A stretch of DNA of 57,452 nt from Gemmatimonadota bacterium (GCA_043744185.1 JAYTVE010000400.1:1-57452), one strand, 5' to 3'; positions 34,919 to 43,502 are shown, numbered from the stretch's first letter. Notes: generated from the letters alone by a model not told the origin. Program-made: numbers and translations.

Positions 34919-35120
34919 ACGACGTTCCCTCGTCCCACTGGGACAATCATGGTGAAGCGAGACGTCGGTGCCTGGACGCAGGTGTGTCGCACACCAGCCG
35001 GCCAGATCCCGGCATCAGAAGTGCGGCTAGTATAGCGTTTTCTGGTCCGCAACGCACGACCGCCGATCACCCCGGGGGATGGTCGGCGGTCACAAAGGTC
35101 GGTTGGAACCCAGCGAGTGG

Positions 35121-35333
35121 TCAGGCGGCGCCGGCGATGTAGCGGGCGAATCGGCCGCAGTTGGTGCACGTCAGCGTGACGTGCGACAGGGGCGGCGGCG
35201 GTGCCTTGTTCGGGTCGCGCTTGATCTTTCCGGAGCAGCTCGGACAGCTCAACGCGGCTCCCTGACGATCACTCGTAATGAGGTGGAGGGCTTGGGCCGG
35301 ATTGAATGAATTCGGGCGCGGCTTCCGCATCAT
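35121..35333 (-). CDS. small Cys4 zinc-ribbon protein (70 aa)
   Basis: AGGAGG immediately upstream of ATGATG at 35333. CPSC...CTNC cysteine pairs. The N-terminal part of the track ORF was discarded. Confidence 0.55.
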   Translation of the reverse strand: MMRKPRPNSFNPAQALHLITSDRQGAALSCPSCSGKIKRDPNKAPPPPLSHVTLTCTNCGRFARYIAGAA

Positions 35334-35818
35334 GCCTCCTAGAGATGTCCCTTTCTCGGCGCGAGAACGACGCACCGACGAATAACACATCCTAACCACC
35401 AAGTTGCCTAAATTGAAGGGCCCCTTGCACTTGCACGCTTGTTCCTGAAAACGTCCTAGGCGAAGTCTTCTGTAATCGGACTATACAGTCCAGTCGTATC
35501 ATCATGTTTGGCAAGTGGTTGTACCATCCAGCTCAGAGTCGGCGTGCGCGAGATTAGGACCGAGAGTCCGAAACGAGGTCCGAGCGTTCGTCCGAATGGC
35601 AGCGGTCGTGGTCGCTTCTGGGCCGCGCGCGCGCGCCCGCGCGCACCCGCGCGCCATGCCGGCTCGACTCCGGGCACCGCTTGTACGAGGAACTGCAGTC
35701 TCGACCGGTGGCGAAGAACACGAATCACGCCACGCTCGACGCTGCGACCGCGGTGCGCGCTCAACCCCCGCCCTCACGCGCGCGTAGGCCTCGGCGCGCA
35801 GATCGCGAGGCGGCGCCC

Positions 35819-37357
35819 CTACCGGGCCCCGCTGCGCCCGATGTGTGCGAGCGCACCGCGCGCCGCCCGCACCCCTTGATCTTGCGCCTCCTCAAAGATC
35901 GAGAGCCCGCTCAGGTCGGCATGTCCGTACCAGATCGGACCGCGCGACGCGGCGAGCGCCGTCCGCCACGGCGCCGAGAGGAATCCCGGCTCCGGTCGCG
36001 CCATGGCGTGCGCGTACCTGCGAATGTCGACGCGCGACACGACGCGGCGCAGCGTCGGATGTGCGCGCTCGAGATCAGCCAGCACCAACTCGCTCGCCTG
36101 CGGAAAGCTGAGCGCGCGCAGTGCGCGTCGAGCCTCGAGCGGAGTCTGGTGCACGAGGGCGTGGTAGTACGTCCAGACCGTGGGGCCGCCGGAACGCGTC
36201 AGCCGCTGGTGCGTGGCGTTCACATACCCGAGTCCCGGGGAGTCGACCAAGGTGTTGTCCCACGCCGGCGAACTCCCCTGCTCGTCGGGCCATTCGCGCA
36301 GCGTGAGGTTGGCTACCAGCCACGGGGCCGTCGTCATGACGGGCGGCGGACCGAACCCATCGATCACGCGCGCGCCGACGAAGACGGGCGCCGCCCAGAT
36401 ACAGGCGTCGGCGGTGTACTCCTCGTGTTCCGTGCGCACGACGACCGTGCGCGATCCGCGCGGTTGCGAGACGGCGCGCACCGCGGCCCCAGTGCGCACG
36501 CGCGCACCGACGCGCTCGATCAGGCGCTCGACGATCCAGCCATTGCCCTGCGGCCAGGTCAGCGGCCCCTTTTCGTCCGACTCGCGCGCGACGAAGTAGT
36601 GAAGCCCCGCCCACGCCGACGCGTCGCGCGCCGACGTGCCATAATCGTCGCGAACTGCGTAGTCCGCATACCAGCGCAGCGCCCGCGTGTGGAAGCCCTC
36701 GCGGTCGAGCCACTGTGCAAGCGTCAGCGCATCGAGCGCGGAACGGGAAGGCCGCCCGCGCGAAACCGGAATGGTGAATTCTCCCGTCGCCCGTAACGCC
36801 GCAAGCCGCTCCTGGAAGCGGCGCCACTCCGAACGATCGACGGCGCTGTCGTTCAGCATGGCGTCGAACCCTTCGTGCCAAGCGCCTCGCCAGAAGAGGC
36901 GTTCCTGCGGTGACTGGCAGAGCACGCGCTCGTCCCATGCGCCATCGCGCAAGACGCCGACCTCCTCGAAGAACTTGCGCGCGAGGGTGGCACTCTTGCC
37001 GGGCACGGGCACATAGTGCGCGCCCCACGGATATGCGGAGACGTCGTTGCGCCCGCCGCGCGCATTGCCGCCCGCCTCGGCGCCGAGTTCGAGCACGACA
37101 TAGTCACGGAAGCCGCGCTTCTCGCACCACCACGCTGCCGAGAGGCCGGCAATGCCGCCGCCGACTATTACCAAGGGCACGCGTCGTCGCTCCCGCACGG
37201 GGCCCAATGCACGACTGTCGCGCAAGCGATGACCGGCGTCACCATCGTCTTCCGCGAAGCCGCCGGCGATGCCGCTGGCGCCCTTGCGCGACAGTCCGAC
37301 GAGCGCCGCGGCCGACGCCGCCATGAAGGCGCGCCGCGTGAGGGGCGAGGTCGGCAT
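35819..37357 (-). CDS. Tat-signal FAD-dependent oxidoreductase (amine-oxidase-like), last gene of the SPFH-polyamine operon
   Basis: MPTSPLTRRAFMAASAAALVGL is a twin-arginine signal. Dinucleotide-binding motif VPLVIVGGGIAGLSAAWWCEKRGFRDYVVLELGAEAGGN. ATG 37357 shares a base with the speE-like TGA (TGATG). Confidence 0.8.
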   Translation of the reverse strand: MPTSPLTRRAFMAASAAALVGLSRKGASGIAGGFAEDDGDAGHRLRDSRALGPVRERRRVPLVIVGGGIAGLSAAWWCEKRGFRDYVVLELGAEAGGNARGGRNDVSAYPWGAHYVPVPGKSATLARKFFEEVGVLRDGAWDERVLCQSPQERLFWRGAWHEGFDAMLNDSAVDRSEWRRFQERLAALRATGEFTIPVSRGRPSRSALDALTLAQWLDREGFHTRALRWYADYAVRDDYGTSARDASAWAGLHYFVARESDEKGPLTWPQGNGWIVERLIERVGARVRTGAAVRAVSQPRGSRTVVVRTEHEEYTADACIWAAPVFVGARVIDGFGPPPVMTTAPWLVANLTLREWPDEQGSSPAWDNTLVDSPGLGYVNATHQRLTRSGGPTVWTYYHALVHQTPLEARRALRALSFPQASELVLADLERAHPTLRRVVSRVDIRRYAHAMARPEPGFLSAPWRTALAASRGPIWYGHADLSGLSIFEEAQDQGVRAARGALAHIGRSGAR

Positions 37358-38853
37358 CACCGGTTGATCTGCTCGAACTCCCGTTCGTAGTAACGTACGA
37401 GCACCTGGTCGTTGAGCCGGTTGGGTTCCACGGATACGGCGCGCATGTCGAGCGGGAAGTCGAACATCGGGCCCAGCTGCGTCAAGCTCAGGAAGCGCAG
37501 CCCTGACGGCAACGCTTGCGGCATCACGTACGGCGCGGTCCCTGCGAGCACGAAGCCCCATTCGCCAAACGACGGCACGTACAGGTGGTACGGCGCCGTG
37601 GCAAACCCGGCCTCGCGCAGCGTGCGGTCGATGCACCAGAACGAGGCGCGCGCGAACAATGGCGAGGTGCTCTGCACGACGATGCGGCCGTTGCGCGTGA
37701 GATGTCGCTTGAGCAGGCGATAGAATGCCGTCGTGTAGAGCTTGCCGACCGCGTAATTGGACGGATCGGGAAAGTCGACGATCACGAAGTCGAACGTGTC
37801 GTCGTGCGCGTCGAGCCAGCTGAAGGCGTCGGCGTTGTGCACGGTGACGCGCGGATCGCTGAAGCTCCGGTGATTCAACTCGGCCAGATCGCGATGCGTG
37901 GTGAAGAGCTTCGTCATCTCGCCGTCGAGATCCACCAGCGTGGCCTTCGCGACGTTCGTGTAGCGCAGCACCTCGCGCAGCGCGAGTCCGTCGCCGCCGC
38001 CGAGGATCAGCACCCGCTGCGCACCGGGAAGTCCGGCCAGTCCCGGATGCACAAGTGCTTCGTGATAGCGGTACTCGTCTCGGCTGCTGAACTGCAGGTG
38101 GTTGTTCAGGAAAAGCCGCAGGTCGTCCTTCCAGACGGTGAGGACGATGCGCTGGTACGGCGTGTTGCGCGCGAAGATCACGTCGTCAGCGTAGAGGCCG
38201 CGCTCGGCCGCCGCCATGAGCCGGTCGCCGGCCACGAAACCGCCGATGAGGGTCGCGAGCACTGCCGCGCACGCGAGCCGCAACGCGCGCGGTGCCCCGA
38301 GCACATGGCGGAAGAGCCAGGTACTCCAAAGCGCGACGGCGGCGTTGACAATGCCGAAGCCCAGCGCGGCGCGCACCAGTCCCAGCTTGGGCACGAGCAC
38401 GAGCGGGAAGAGAATCGAGGCGATGAGAGCCCCGAGGTAGTCGAACGTCAGGACGTTGGCGACGACGTCCTTGAAGGCGAACCGCTCGCGCAGGAGTCGC
38501 ATGAGGAGCGGCACCTCGAGCCCGACGAGGGCGCCGATGATCGCCACGATCGCGTACAGGGCAACGCGAAACGATTCGGTGTAGGCAAAGGCGAGAAAGA
38601 GGAGCGTCGAGGACCAGCCGCCCACGACCGCGACGAGCAGCTCGATGGCGACAAAGCGCGCCGCGAGCCCACGGCCGATGTAGCGAGACAGCCAGCTGCC
38701 GATCCCCATCGAGGCGAGGTAGACCCCAATGACCGTCGAGAACTGCGTGACAGAATCGCCCAGGAGGTAGCTCGCGAGCGCGCCCGCGACAAGCTCATAG
38801 ACGAGCCCGCACGCAGCGATGAGGCAGACGGTGGCAAAAAGCGCCGCGGCCAC
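37357..38853 (-). CDS. speE: membrane-anchored polyamine aminopropyltransferase (spermidine-synthase-like)
   Basis: ~200-aa polytopic N-terminal domain, then a spermidine-synthase core with VLILGGGDGLALREV, VDLDGEM and IVDFPDPSN motifs. GTG start at 38853. Confidence 0.88.
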   Translation of the reverse strand: MAAALFATVCLIAACGLVYELVAGALASYLLGDSVTQFSTVIGVYLASMGIGSWLSRYIGRGLAARFVAIELLVAVVGGWSSTLLFLAFAYTESFRVALYAIVAIIGALVGLEVPLLMRLLRERFAFKDVVANVLTFDYLGALIASILFPLVLVPKLGLVRAALGFGIVNAAVALWSTWLFRHVLGAPRALRLACAAVLATLIGGFVAGDRLMAAAERGLYADDVIFARNTPYQRIVLTVWKDDLRLFLNNHLQFSSRDEYRYHEALVHPGLAGLPGAQRVLILGGGDGLALREVLRYTNVAKATLVDLDGEMTKLFTTHRDLAELNHRSFSDPRVTVHNADAFSWLDAHDDTFDFVIVDFPDPSNYAVGKLYTTAFYRLLKRHLTRNGRIVVQSTSPLFARASFWCIDRTLREAGFATAPYHLYVPSFGEWGFVLAGTAPYVMPQALPSGLRFLSLTQLGPMFDFPLDMRAVSVEPNRLNDQVLVRYYEREFEQINR

Positions 38854-38862
38854 GCGCCGAGC

Positions 38863-39072
38863 CTAGTGGATGCTCGCCGCGATGATGATGGAAATCCCGA
38901 TGCCCAAGCACCCCATGAGGATCGCGATGGCCGTGTTCTTCTGCTGGAGGATTTCGTTCCAGAGGTGGCCCGGCGTGAGCTTGTCGACGGCCATGAACGC
39001 ACCGAGCAGGATGACGATCCCCAGCACGGCGTAGATGGTGCTCGCGATGACGTTCTTCAGCAGGGTATCCAT
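38863..39072 (-). CDS. DUF350 (YjfL-like) small membrane protein
   Basis: 69 aa with two helices. NVIASTIYAVLGIVILLGAFMAVDKLTPG...NTAIAILMGCLGIGISIIIAASI matches the DUF350 repeat pattern. Confidence 0.8.
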   Translation of the reverse strand: MDTLLKNVIASTIYAVLGIVILLGAFMAVDKLTPGHLWNEILQQKNTAIAILMGCLGIGISIIIAASIH

Positions 39073-39085
39073 GGGGCGCTGTGCC

Positions 39086-39271
39086 TCACTTGCCGTAGGA
39101 AGTTCGGCCGCCGTAGTAGGTCGACCGATAAGAGCCGGGATTGCTGCGGATGGAGCGCGGGTCGCCGTGATTCTCGTGGGCGCCGGAGAAGCTGGTACCG
39201 GTGAACTCGAGCCATGCCGCGGTGGCCAGCACGAGCACGCCGAAAGCGAGGTAGAAGCGCGGCAGGGGCAT
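39086..39271 (-). CDS. 61-aa single-pass membrane peptide
   Basis: ATG 39271 shares a base with the upstream TGA (TGATG). TM segment FYLAFGVLVLATAAWLEF, then a Gly/Ser/Tyr/Arg-rich tail. The call rests on translational coupling and position. Confidence 0.5.
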   Translation of the reverse strand: MPLPRFYLAFGVLVLATAAWLEFTGTSFSGAHENHGDPRSIRSNPGSYRSTYYGGRTSYGK

Positions 39272-40596
39272 CAGTCGTCGGAGCTGGAGTCGTCGGAGTC
39301 GTCGTCGCTTGAGGCGCCGGCCTTGGGCGCGAAGTCGGACTCGGCCCATCGCGTCGTCTCGAAGGCGGCCGAGCGGAGGCTGACAAAGATGGGCGGCAGG
39401 ATGATCAAGCCGATGGCGATGAACCACCAGAGGAAGCCTGGCCGGTCGCGGTGCACGTCCACCGACCAGTCTATTTCGCGTCCTTGGTCGGGGCCGTCGA
39501 GCTCCATGCGCAGGAACCAGCGGCCGGCCGCCACCGCAGGCACGCGCGCCGCGTCGCTGCGCGAGCCCTCGCTCCACGATTCGCCGTCGTCCACGCCGTA
39601 GTAGTAGCTCACCTCGCGCCCCACCTCGAGCACCTGCCCCGTGGAGTCGTTCACGAGCGACATCCCGAGGTAGAGCCACGAGCCGTCCACGCTCGAATGC
39701 GTGGTGAGCTCCACGTTCGATGTGCGCCCCGTAAGACGGAAGGTGTCGGAGACAAAGGGTGCCTTGTCCTGCGCGTTACCGGGATGGAACGAACCCTCGA
39801 GGTGCGCGGCCACACGGTCGGTCGCCGTCGCCACGCGCCCGACGACGACCACGACGAGCGCGAGCATGAGGACGACGAAGCCCTTCCAGTATGCCTTGGG
39901 CTTCCCTGTACGCGGGTTGGGCTGGTTGGCGAAGGTGCCGCCCGGGGCGGGGAGCGGCTGCTCGACCTTGAACGCCGAGAGCAGGCGCTCGCCGGCGGTG
40001 TACTCGCCGAGTGACCAAGTCACCTCGTCCTCGGTCTCCTCGGCCGAGAGCATGAACGGCGGCGCGATGTAGTCGCGGACGGTCACCGTGTCGCCGACGA
40101 CGACCATCCAGGGGAATTCGCCGAGGGCGAAGACCGTGGTCGCGCGCGAGGTCTGGAAGAGCTTGAACGTCTCGTCGTGCCACGAGACGGTGGGATGGGT
40201 GCGCTGCGACCCCGCCGAGGGCACGCCGCGCACGGGCACGATGTCATTCCAGTGTCCCTCGTACTCCGAGAGGTAGCGATAGCCCCGGAACGGATTGAAG
40301 AGCAGGTACTCCTGCCAGTGATACTCGACGCCTTCGACCGAGATCTGGCGGACCTGGAAGCCGATGATGTCCCACGGATCGCCCTTCCACGTGCCGCGAC
40401 TGCCGAGCGGCAGCAGCGGTCGGTGGCGGCGCAGCTTGCTGTCGAAGGTCTGCAGGACGGCGACGTTCGCGTCGCTCGCGTCGAGCACGGCCAGGCAGGT
40501 ATCGCAGACGACGCTCTGCGAGAACTGGAAGCCGCGCAGCTGGATGGCCGCACCGCAACTCGGGCAGTTGAACCCGCGGACCTGAACCGAGCTCAC
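39271..40596 (-). CDS. zinc-ribbon + DUF4178 protein fused to a two-TM-bounded extracytoplasmic domain and an acidic Ser/Asp tail
   Basis: GTG 40596 overlaps the upstream TGA (GTGA). CPSCGAAI...CDTCLAVL ribbon. DUF4178-like core (WKGDPWDIIGFQVRQ...EYHWQEYLLFNP). TM segment VVLMLALVVVVV, a ~150-aa domain, a second TM segment FLWWFIAIGLIILPPIFV and the C-terminal SSDDDSDDSSSDD. Confidence 0.75.
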   Translation of the reverse strand: MSSVQVRGFNCPSCGAAIQLRGFQFSQSVVCDTCLAVLDASDANVAVLQTFDSKLRRHRPLLPLGSRGTWKGDPWDIIGFQVRQISVEGVEYHWQEYLLFNPFRGYRYLSEYEGHWNDIVPVRGVPSAGSQRTHPTVSWHDETFKLFQTSRATTVFALGEFPWMVVVGDTVTVRDYIAPPFMLSAEETEDEVTWSLGEYTAGERLLSAFKVEQPLPAPGGTFANQPNPRTGKPKAYWKGFVVLMLALVVVVVGRVATATDRVAAHLEGSFHPGNAQDKAPFVSDTFRLTGRTSNVELTTHSSVDGSWLYLGMSLVNDSTGQVLEVGREVSYYYGVDDGESWSEGSRSDAARVPAVAAGRWFLRMELDGPDQGREIDWSVDVHRDRPGFLWWFIAIGLIILPPIFVSLRSAAFETTRWAESDFAPKAGASSDDDSDDSSSDD

Positions 40597-41228
40597 CAGC
40601 CCTCGAATTCGCGGAGGTTGCGGAGTTCGAGTTGCCGCAACTCGACGGCGTCGCCCACGAAGAGGAGCGGCGGCGACTCGCTGTAGTCGATCGTCGCGAA
40701 GCCTCCGTCCGTCGTGCGGGCGTCGGCGAACGGCACGTCGGCCACGTCGTGGTACTCGAACGGGAGTTCGCCCTCGGTACCGACGTACGCGGCGCGCGTC
40801 ACGCTCGTGATGCGGTAACGCACGCGATCGTGGTTGAAGACGATTCCTGTGTGGAGCTCCTCGTACCCCGGGAGCGGTTCCTGCGGCGTCACGTGCCGCG
40901 TGAGCACGTACTCGGCCTGCGCATCGGAAAGCCACGCGCTCGTGTCATCGTCGAAGCGACAGTGCCATTCGCTCCAGCCGCCGCCGGCCCATCGGTAGAC
41001 GAGGCGGCCGATCACGGTGAAGCCGTGGCCGTGCCAGCGTCCCTCGGTGCCGAGCTGGAGCGGCGAGGGCGTGAGCGGTACCACTGTGCCCGTCCCAACC
41101 TTGGCAAGGTCGAGGTCATGCCGCACGAGGATGGAGTGGCAATACTCGCACGAAGCCTGCACCGCCTGCGCCCATCGGAACTCGATCGTCGCGCCGCAGT
41201 TCGGGCAGTTGGCGCGCACCCGGCTCAT
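40593..41228 (-). CDS. zinc-ribbon + DUF4178 protein (soluble paralog)
   Basis: CPNCGATIEF...CEYCHSIL ribbon, then GTEGRWHGHGFTVIGRLVYRWAGGGWSEWHCRFDD (DUF4178 pattern). ATGA overlap with the AdoMetDC stop. Confidence 0.8.
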   Translation of the reverse strand: MSRVRANCPNCGATIEFRWAQAVQASCEYCHSILVRHDLDLAKVGTGTVVPLTPSPLQLGTEGRWHGHGFTVIGRLVYRWAGGGWSEWHCRFDDDTSAWLSDAQAEYVLTRHVTPQEPLPGYEELHTGIVFNHDRVRYRITSVTRAAYVGTEGELPFEYHDVADVPFADARTTDGGFATIDYSESPPLLFVGDAVELRQLELRNLREFEGW

Positions 41229-41635
41229 TCGGCGCGAATGACCCGGACGGATACGGGCGTGGTGCGCGCGCGATGGTGTCCTTCAGGGCCGTACGCGCGT
41301 TCGAGGCAGCGCACCTGGGTGACCTGCGCGCCGAGAAGCGATCGCAAGATGGAGGCGAAGTCGAACTCGTCGCGCGGCTTGCAGCAGAACAGGTTGAGGC
41401 ACAGCGTGCCGTGCTCGGGGAAGGTGTGCACGGCGAGATGCGACTCCGCGAGCATCATGAGGCCGGTCACGCCTCCGGGCGCAGGAAAACGGTGCCACTG
41501 CGTGCTGCCCACCGGAGTGAGCTGCATTTCGGTGACGATGCGCGCAAAGAGCGACTCGAGTATGGCCTGGTCGGCGAGGCGCACGGCGTCCGCGCCGCGT
41601 GTCTCGATGATCCACTCCTGTCCGTACGTGGTCAT
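41225..41635 (-). CDS. speH: S-adenosylmethionine decarboxylase proenzyme (small pyruvoyl class, SpeH-like)
   Basis: Self-processing / active-site motif MMLAESHLAVHTFPEHG (Glu-Ser cleavage site). ~136 aa. Start is ATG 41635 (TGATG) or GTG 41638 (GTGA), overlapping the SPFH stop. Confidence 0.88.
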   Translation of the reverse strand: MTTYGQEWIIETRGADAVRLADQAILESLFARIVTEMQLTPVGSTQWHRFPAPGGVTGLMMLAESHLAVHTFPEHGTLCLNLFCCKPRDEFDFASILRSLLGAQVTQVRCLERAYGPEGHHRARTTPVSVRVIRAE

Positions 41636-42570
41636 CACGATCCGCTCGGCTTGGTGGTCGATTCTGGGGCGGCGGGCGGGGTAGCGGGCGGGGCTGGCGG
41701 TTGCGCCTGCGGGTTGAGTGCGTTGGTCATGGCGTTGCCAATGCCCATGCCCGCGGCCAGCCCGGCGCCCAGTCCCGCGATGCCGCCGCCGCCCGCATTC
41801 GCTGCGGCGATCGGCACGGACTGCGCGACCTGGAACTTCATATACTGGTCGAGGTTGCCGACCATGTTCATCTGGATGCGCTGGTCGAGCACCTTCTGCA
41901 GTTCGTCGGGAAGCGACACGTTCTCGACCATGAAGGAGTCGAGCGCGAGCCCCATGTCCGCGAAGGTGGGAGCGAGCAGCGCCTTCATCGCGTCACCCAT
42001 GGCAGGCGTGTTGGCCGCCATGTCGAGGAACGGTACGCCGCTCTGCGCGAACGCAGCGGAGACCGAGCCGACGATCGTGTTGCGCAGCTGCCCCTCGATG
42101 TCGGTGACGCCGTAGCTCTCGCGCGTGCCGGAGAGCTTCGTGTGGAACGCGACGGGATCGGTGAGGTGCCAGCTGTAGATGCCGAAGGCGCGCAGCCGCA
42201 CCGCGCCGAAATCCTTGTCGCGCACCGTGACGGGATTCTGTGTCCCCCACTTCTGGTTGGTGCGCGTGCGCGTCGAGAAGAAGTAGACGTCGCTCTTGAA
42301 CGGGGACTGGAAGAGCTTGTCCCAGTTCCTGAGGTTGGTCAGCAGCGGGATGGTGCGCGTCTCGAGGGTGTGGAGACCGGGGCCGAAGCCGTCGGCGATC
42401 TTGCCCTCGTTGACGAAGAGTGCGCGCTGCGTCTCGCGCACCGTGAGTTGCCCGCCGTACTGGATTTCCTGGTCCGCCATCGGATAGCGCCACGCGAGCG
42501 TGGTATCATCCGATTCGGTCCACTGAATGACGTCGACGAACTGCTTCTTCAGAAAGTTGCCGAGACCCAT
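41635..42570 (-). CDS. SPFH/Band-7 family protein, YdjI-like subfamily
   Basis: MGLGNFLKKQFVDVIQWTESDD...LAWRYP...QYGGQLTVRETQRALFVNEGKI is the typical N-terminus of YdjI/COG4260-type SPFH proteins. Gly/Ala-rich and Pro-rich C-terminal tail. I prefer the start at 42570 to 42606. Confidence 0.85.
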   Translation of the reverse strand: MGLGNFLKKQFVDVIQWTESDDTTLAWRYPMADQEIQYGGQLTVRETQRALFVNEGKIADGFGPGLHTLETRTIPLLTNLRNWDKLFQSPFKSDVYFFSTRTRTNQKWGTQNPVTVRDKDFGAVRLRAFGIYSWHLTDPVAFHTKLSGTRESYGVTDIEGQLRNTIVGSVSAAFAQSGVPFLDMAANTPAMGDAMKALLAPTFADMGLALDSFMVENVSLPDELQKVLDQRIQMNMVGNLDQYMKFQVAQSVPIAAANAGGGGIAGLGAGLAAGMGIGNAMTNALNPQAQPPAPPATPPAAPESTTKPSGS

Positions 42571-42603
42571 GGCCAGCTCCGGGAACGGGGCATACGCGTG
42601 GGA

Positions 42604-42627
42604 CATGCGCGCGGTAGTGCGCGCATG
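42604..42627 (-). promoter_or_regulatory. perfect 9-bp hairpin between the lipoprotein gene and the SPFH gene
   Basis: CATGCGCGC-ggtagt-GCGCGCATG (plus-strand reading). Located in the 62-nt spacer. No U-tract, so it is an attenuator or processing site rather than a clear terminator. Confidence 0.4.
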
Positions 42628-42632
42628 GACGA

Positions 42633-43502
42633 CTAGAAGCTCAGGATCGTAAGGAGGCGGAAGTCGCGACCGAGCACGGGCACCCGCGCCAAGGCATTGC
42701 CAAGCGCCTGCGCGGGATCAAACAGGGCGAAGCCGTCACCGCCGAGGTCGAAGAGGTAGACCTGCGTGTACGGATTCGGGATGCCGCCCTGCTCATTCCA
42801 CGCCGCGATGGCGCGACGGCAGAGCTCCGGATTGAGGACCAGGCGCACCTTTTCGGGCGTGGGCGTCGGGATGCGGCCGTCACGGCGCACGACGGAGTCC
42901 TGCTGCGCGTGCGGCGAGAGCGTCTCGACGAGGGCCCCGGCGATCCACGACGTGCTGACGTCGCTCGGACGACACGGCGTGACGCGAGTGGGGACGCGCA
43001 GGTCCTCGAGCTGCTGCAGGTAAAGCGCTTCGCCGGTGCGAAGCTCGAGATCGGTAGTGTACTGGAGCCCTCGCTGCACCTGCACGACGTGGCGCTCGCG
43101 CGTGAAGCCGATCGCGCGGACCTCGACCACCCGCTTGCCGGCCGGCACGTCCAACAGCGTGAAGCGTCCCGCCGCATCGGTCACGGTCGAAAAATTTGAC
43201 GGTGGCGCGAGGGGCGACGTGTCGGTTGTGGCGAAGACCAAGGCGCCGACAACCGGCAGGCCACTCGCCGAATCGGTGACCAACCCATGCACGTCACCCG
43301 TGCCCACTTCACCTTCCGCGCTCAGTCCGCCACGAACATTGCGGCCGAACGGGATCTCGAAGAGGGAAGACGGACGGCAGCCGCCGGCCGACGCCAGAAG
43401 AAGCAGGGCGAGGGCGTGAAGGGCGGTCGAACGACGGACGCGAGGGGCCACGGCATCCTGAGGGTGAAGCTGGAACGTACCCCTCGCCAGAGGACGCGGC
43501 AA
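42633..43502 (-). CDS. lipoprotein with a carboxypeptidase-regulatory-like beta-sandwich domain
   Basis: Lipobox-like LLLLASAGGC. GLVTDSASGLPVVGALVFAT...TDAAGRFTLLDVPAGKRVVEVRAIGF is the CarboxypepD_reg pattern. Confidence 0.6.
   Translation of the reverse strand: MPRPLARGTFQLHPQDAVAPRVRRSTALHALALLLLASAGGCRPSSLFEIPFGRNVRGGLSAEGEVGTGDVHGLVTDSASGLPVVGALVFATTDTSPLAPPSNFSTVTDAAGRFTLLDVPAGKRVVEVRAIGFTRERHVVQVQRGLQYTTDLELRTGEALYLQQLEDLRVPTRVTPCRPSDVSTSWIAGALVETLSPHAQQDSVVRRDGRIPTPTPEKVRLVLNPELCRRAIAAWNEQGGIPNPYTQVYLFDLGGDGFALFDPAQALGNALARVPVLGRDFRLLTILSF

Noticed and set aside
35456-35764. 102-aa minus-strand ORF in the 415-bp gap.
   Set aside because: The sequence is Arg-rich and low-complexity, with no start context or recognisable motif. 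It is more likely non-coding, though this is not excluded.
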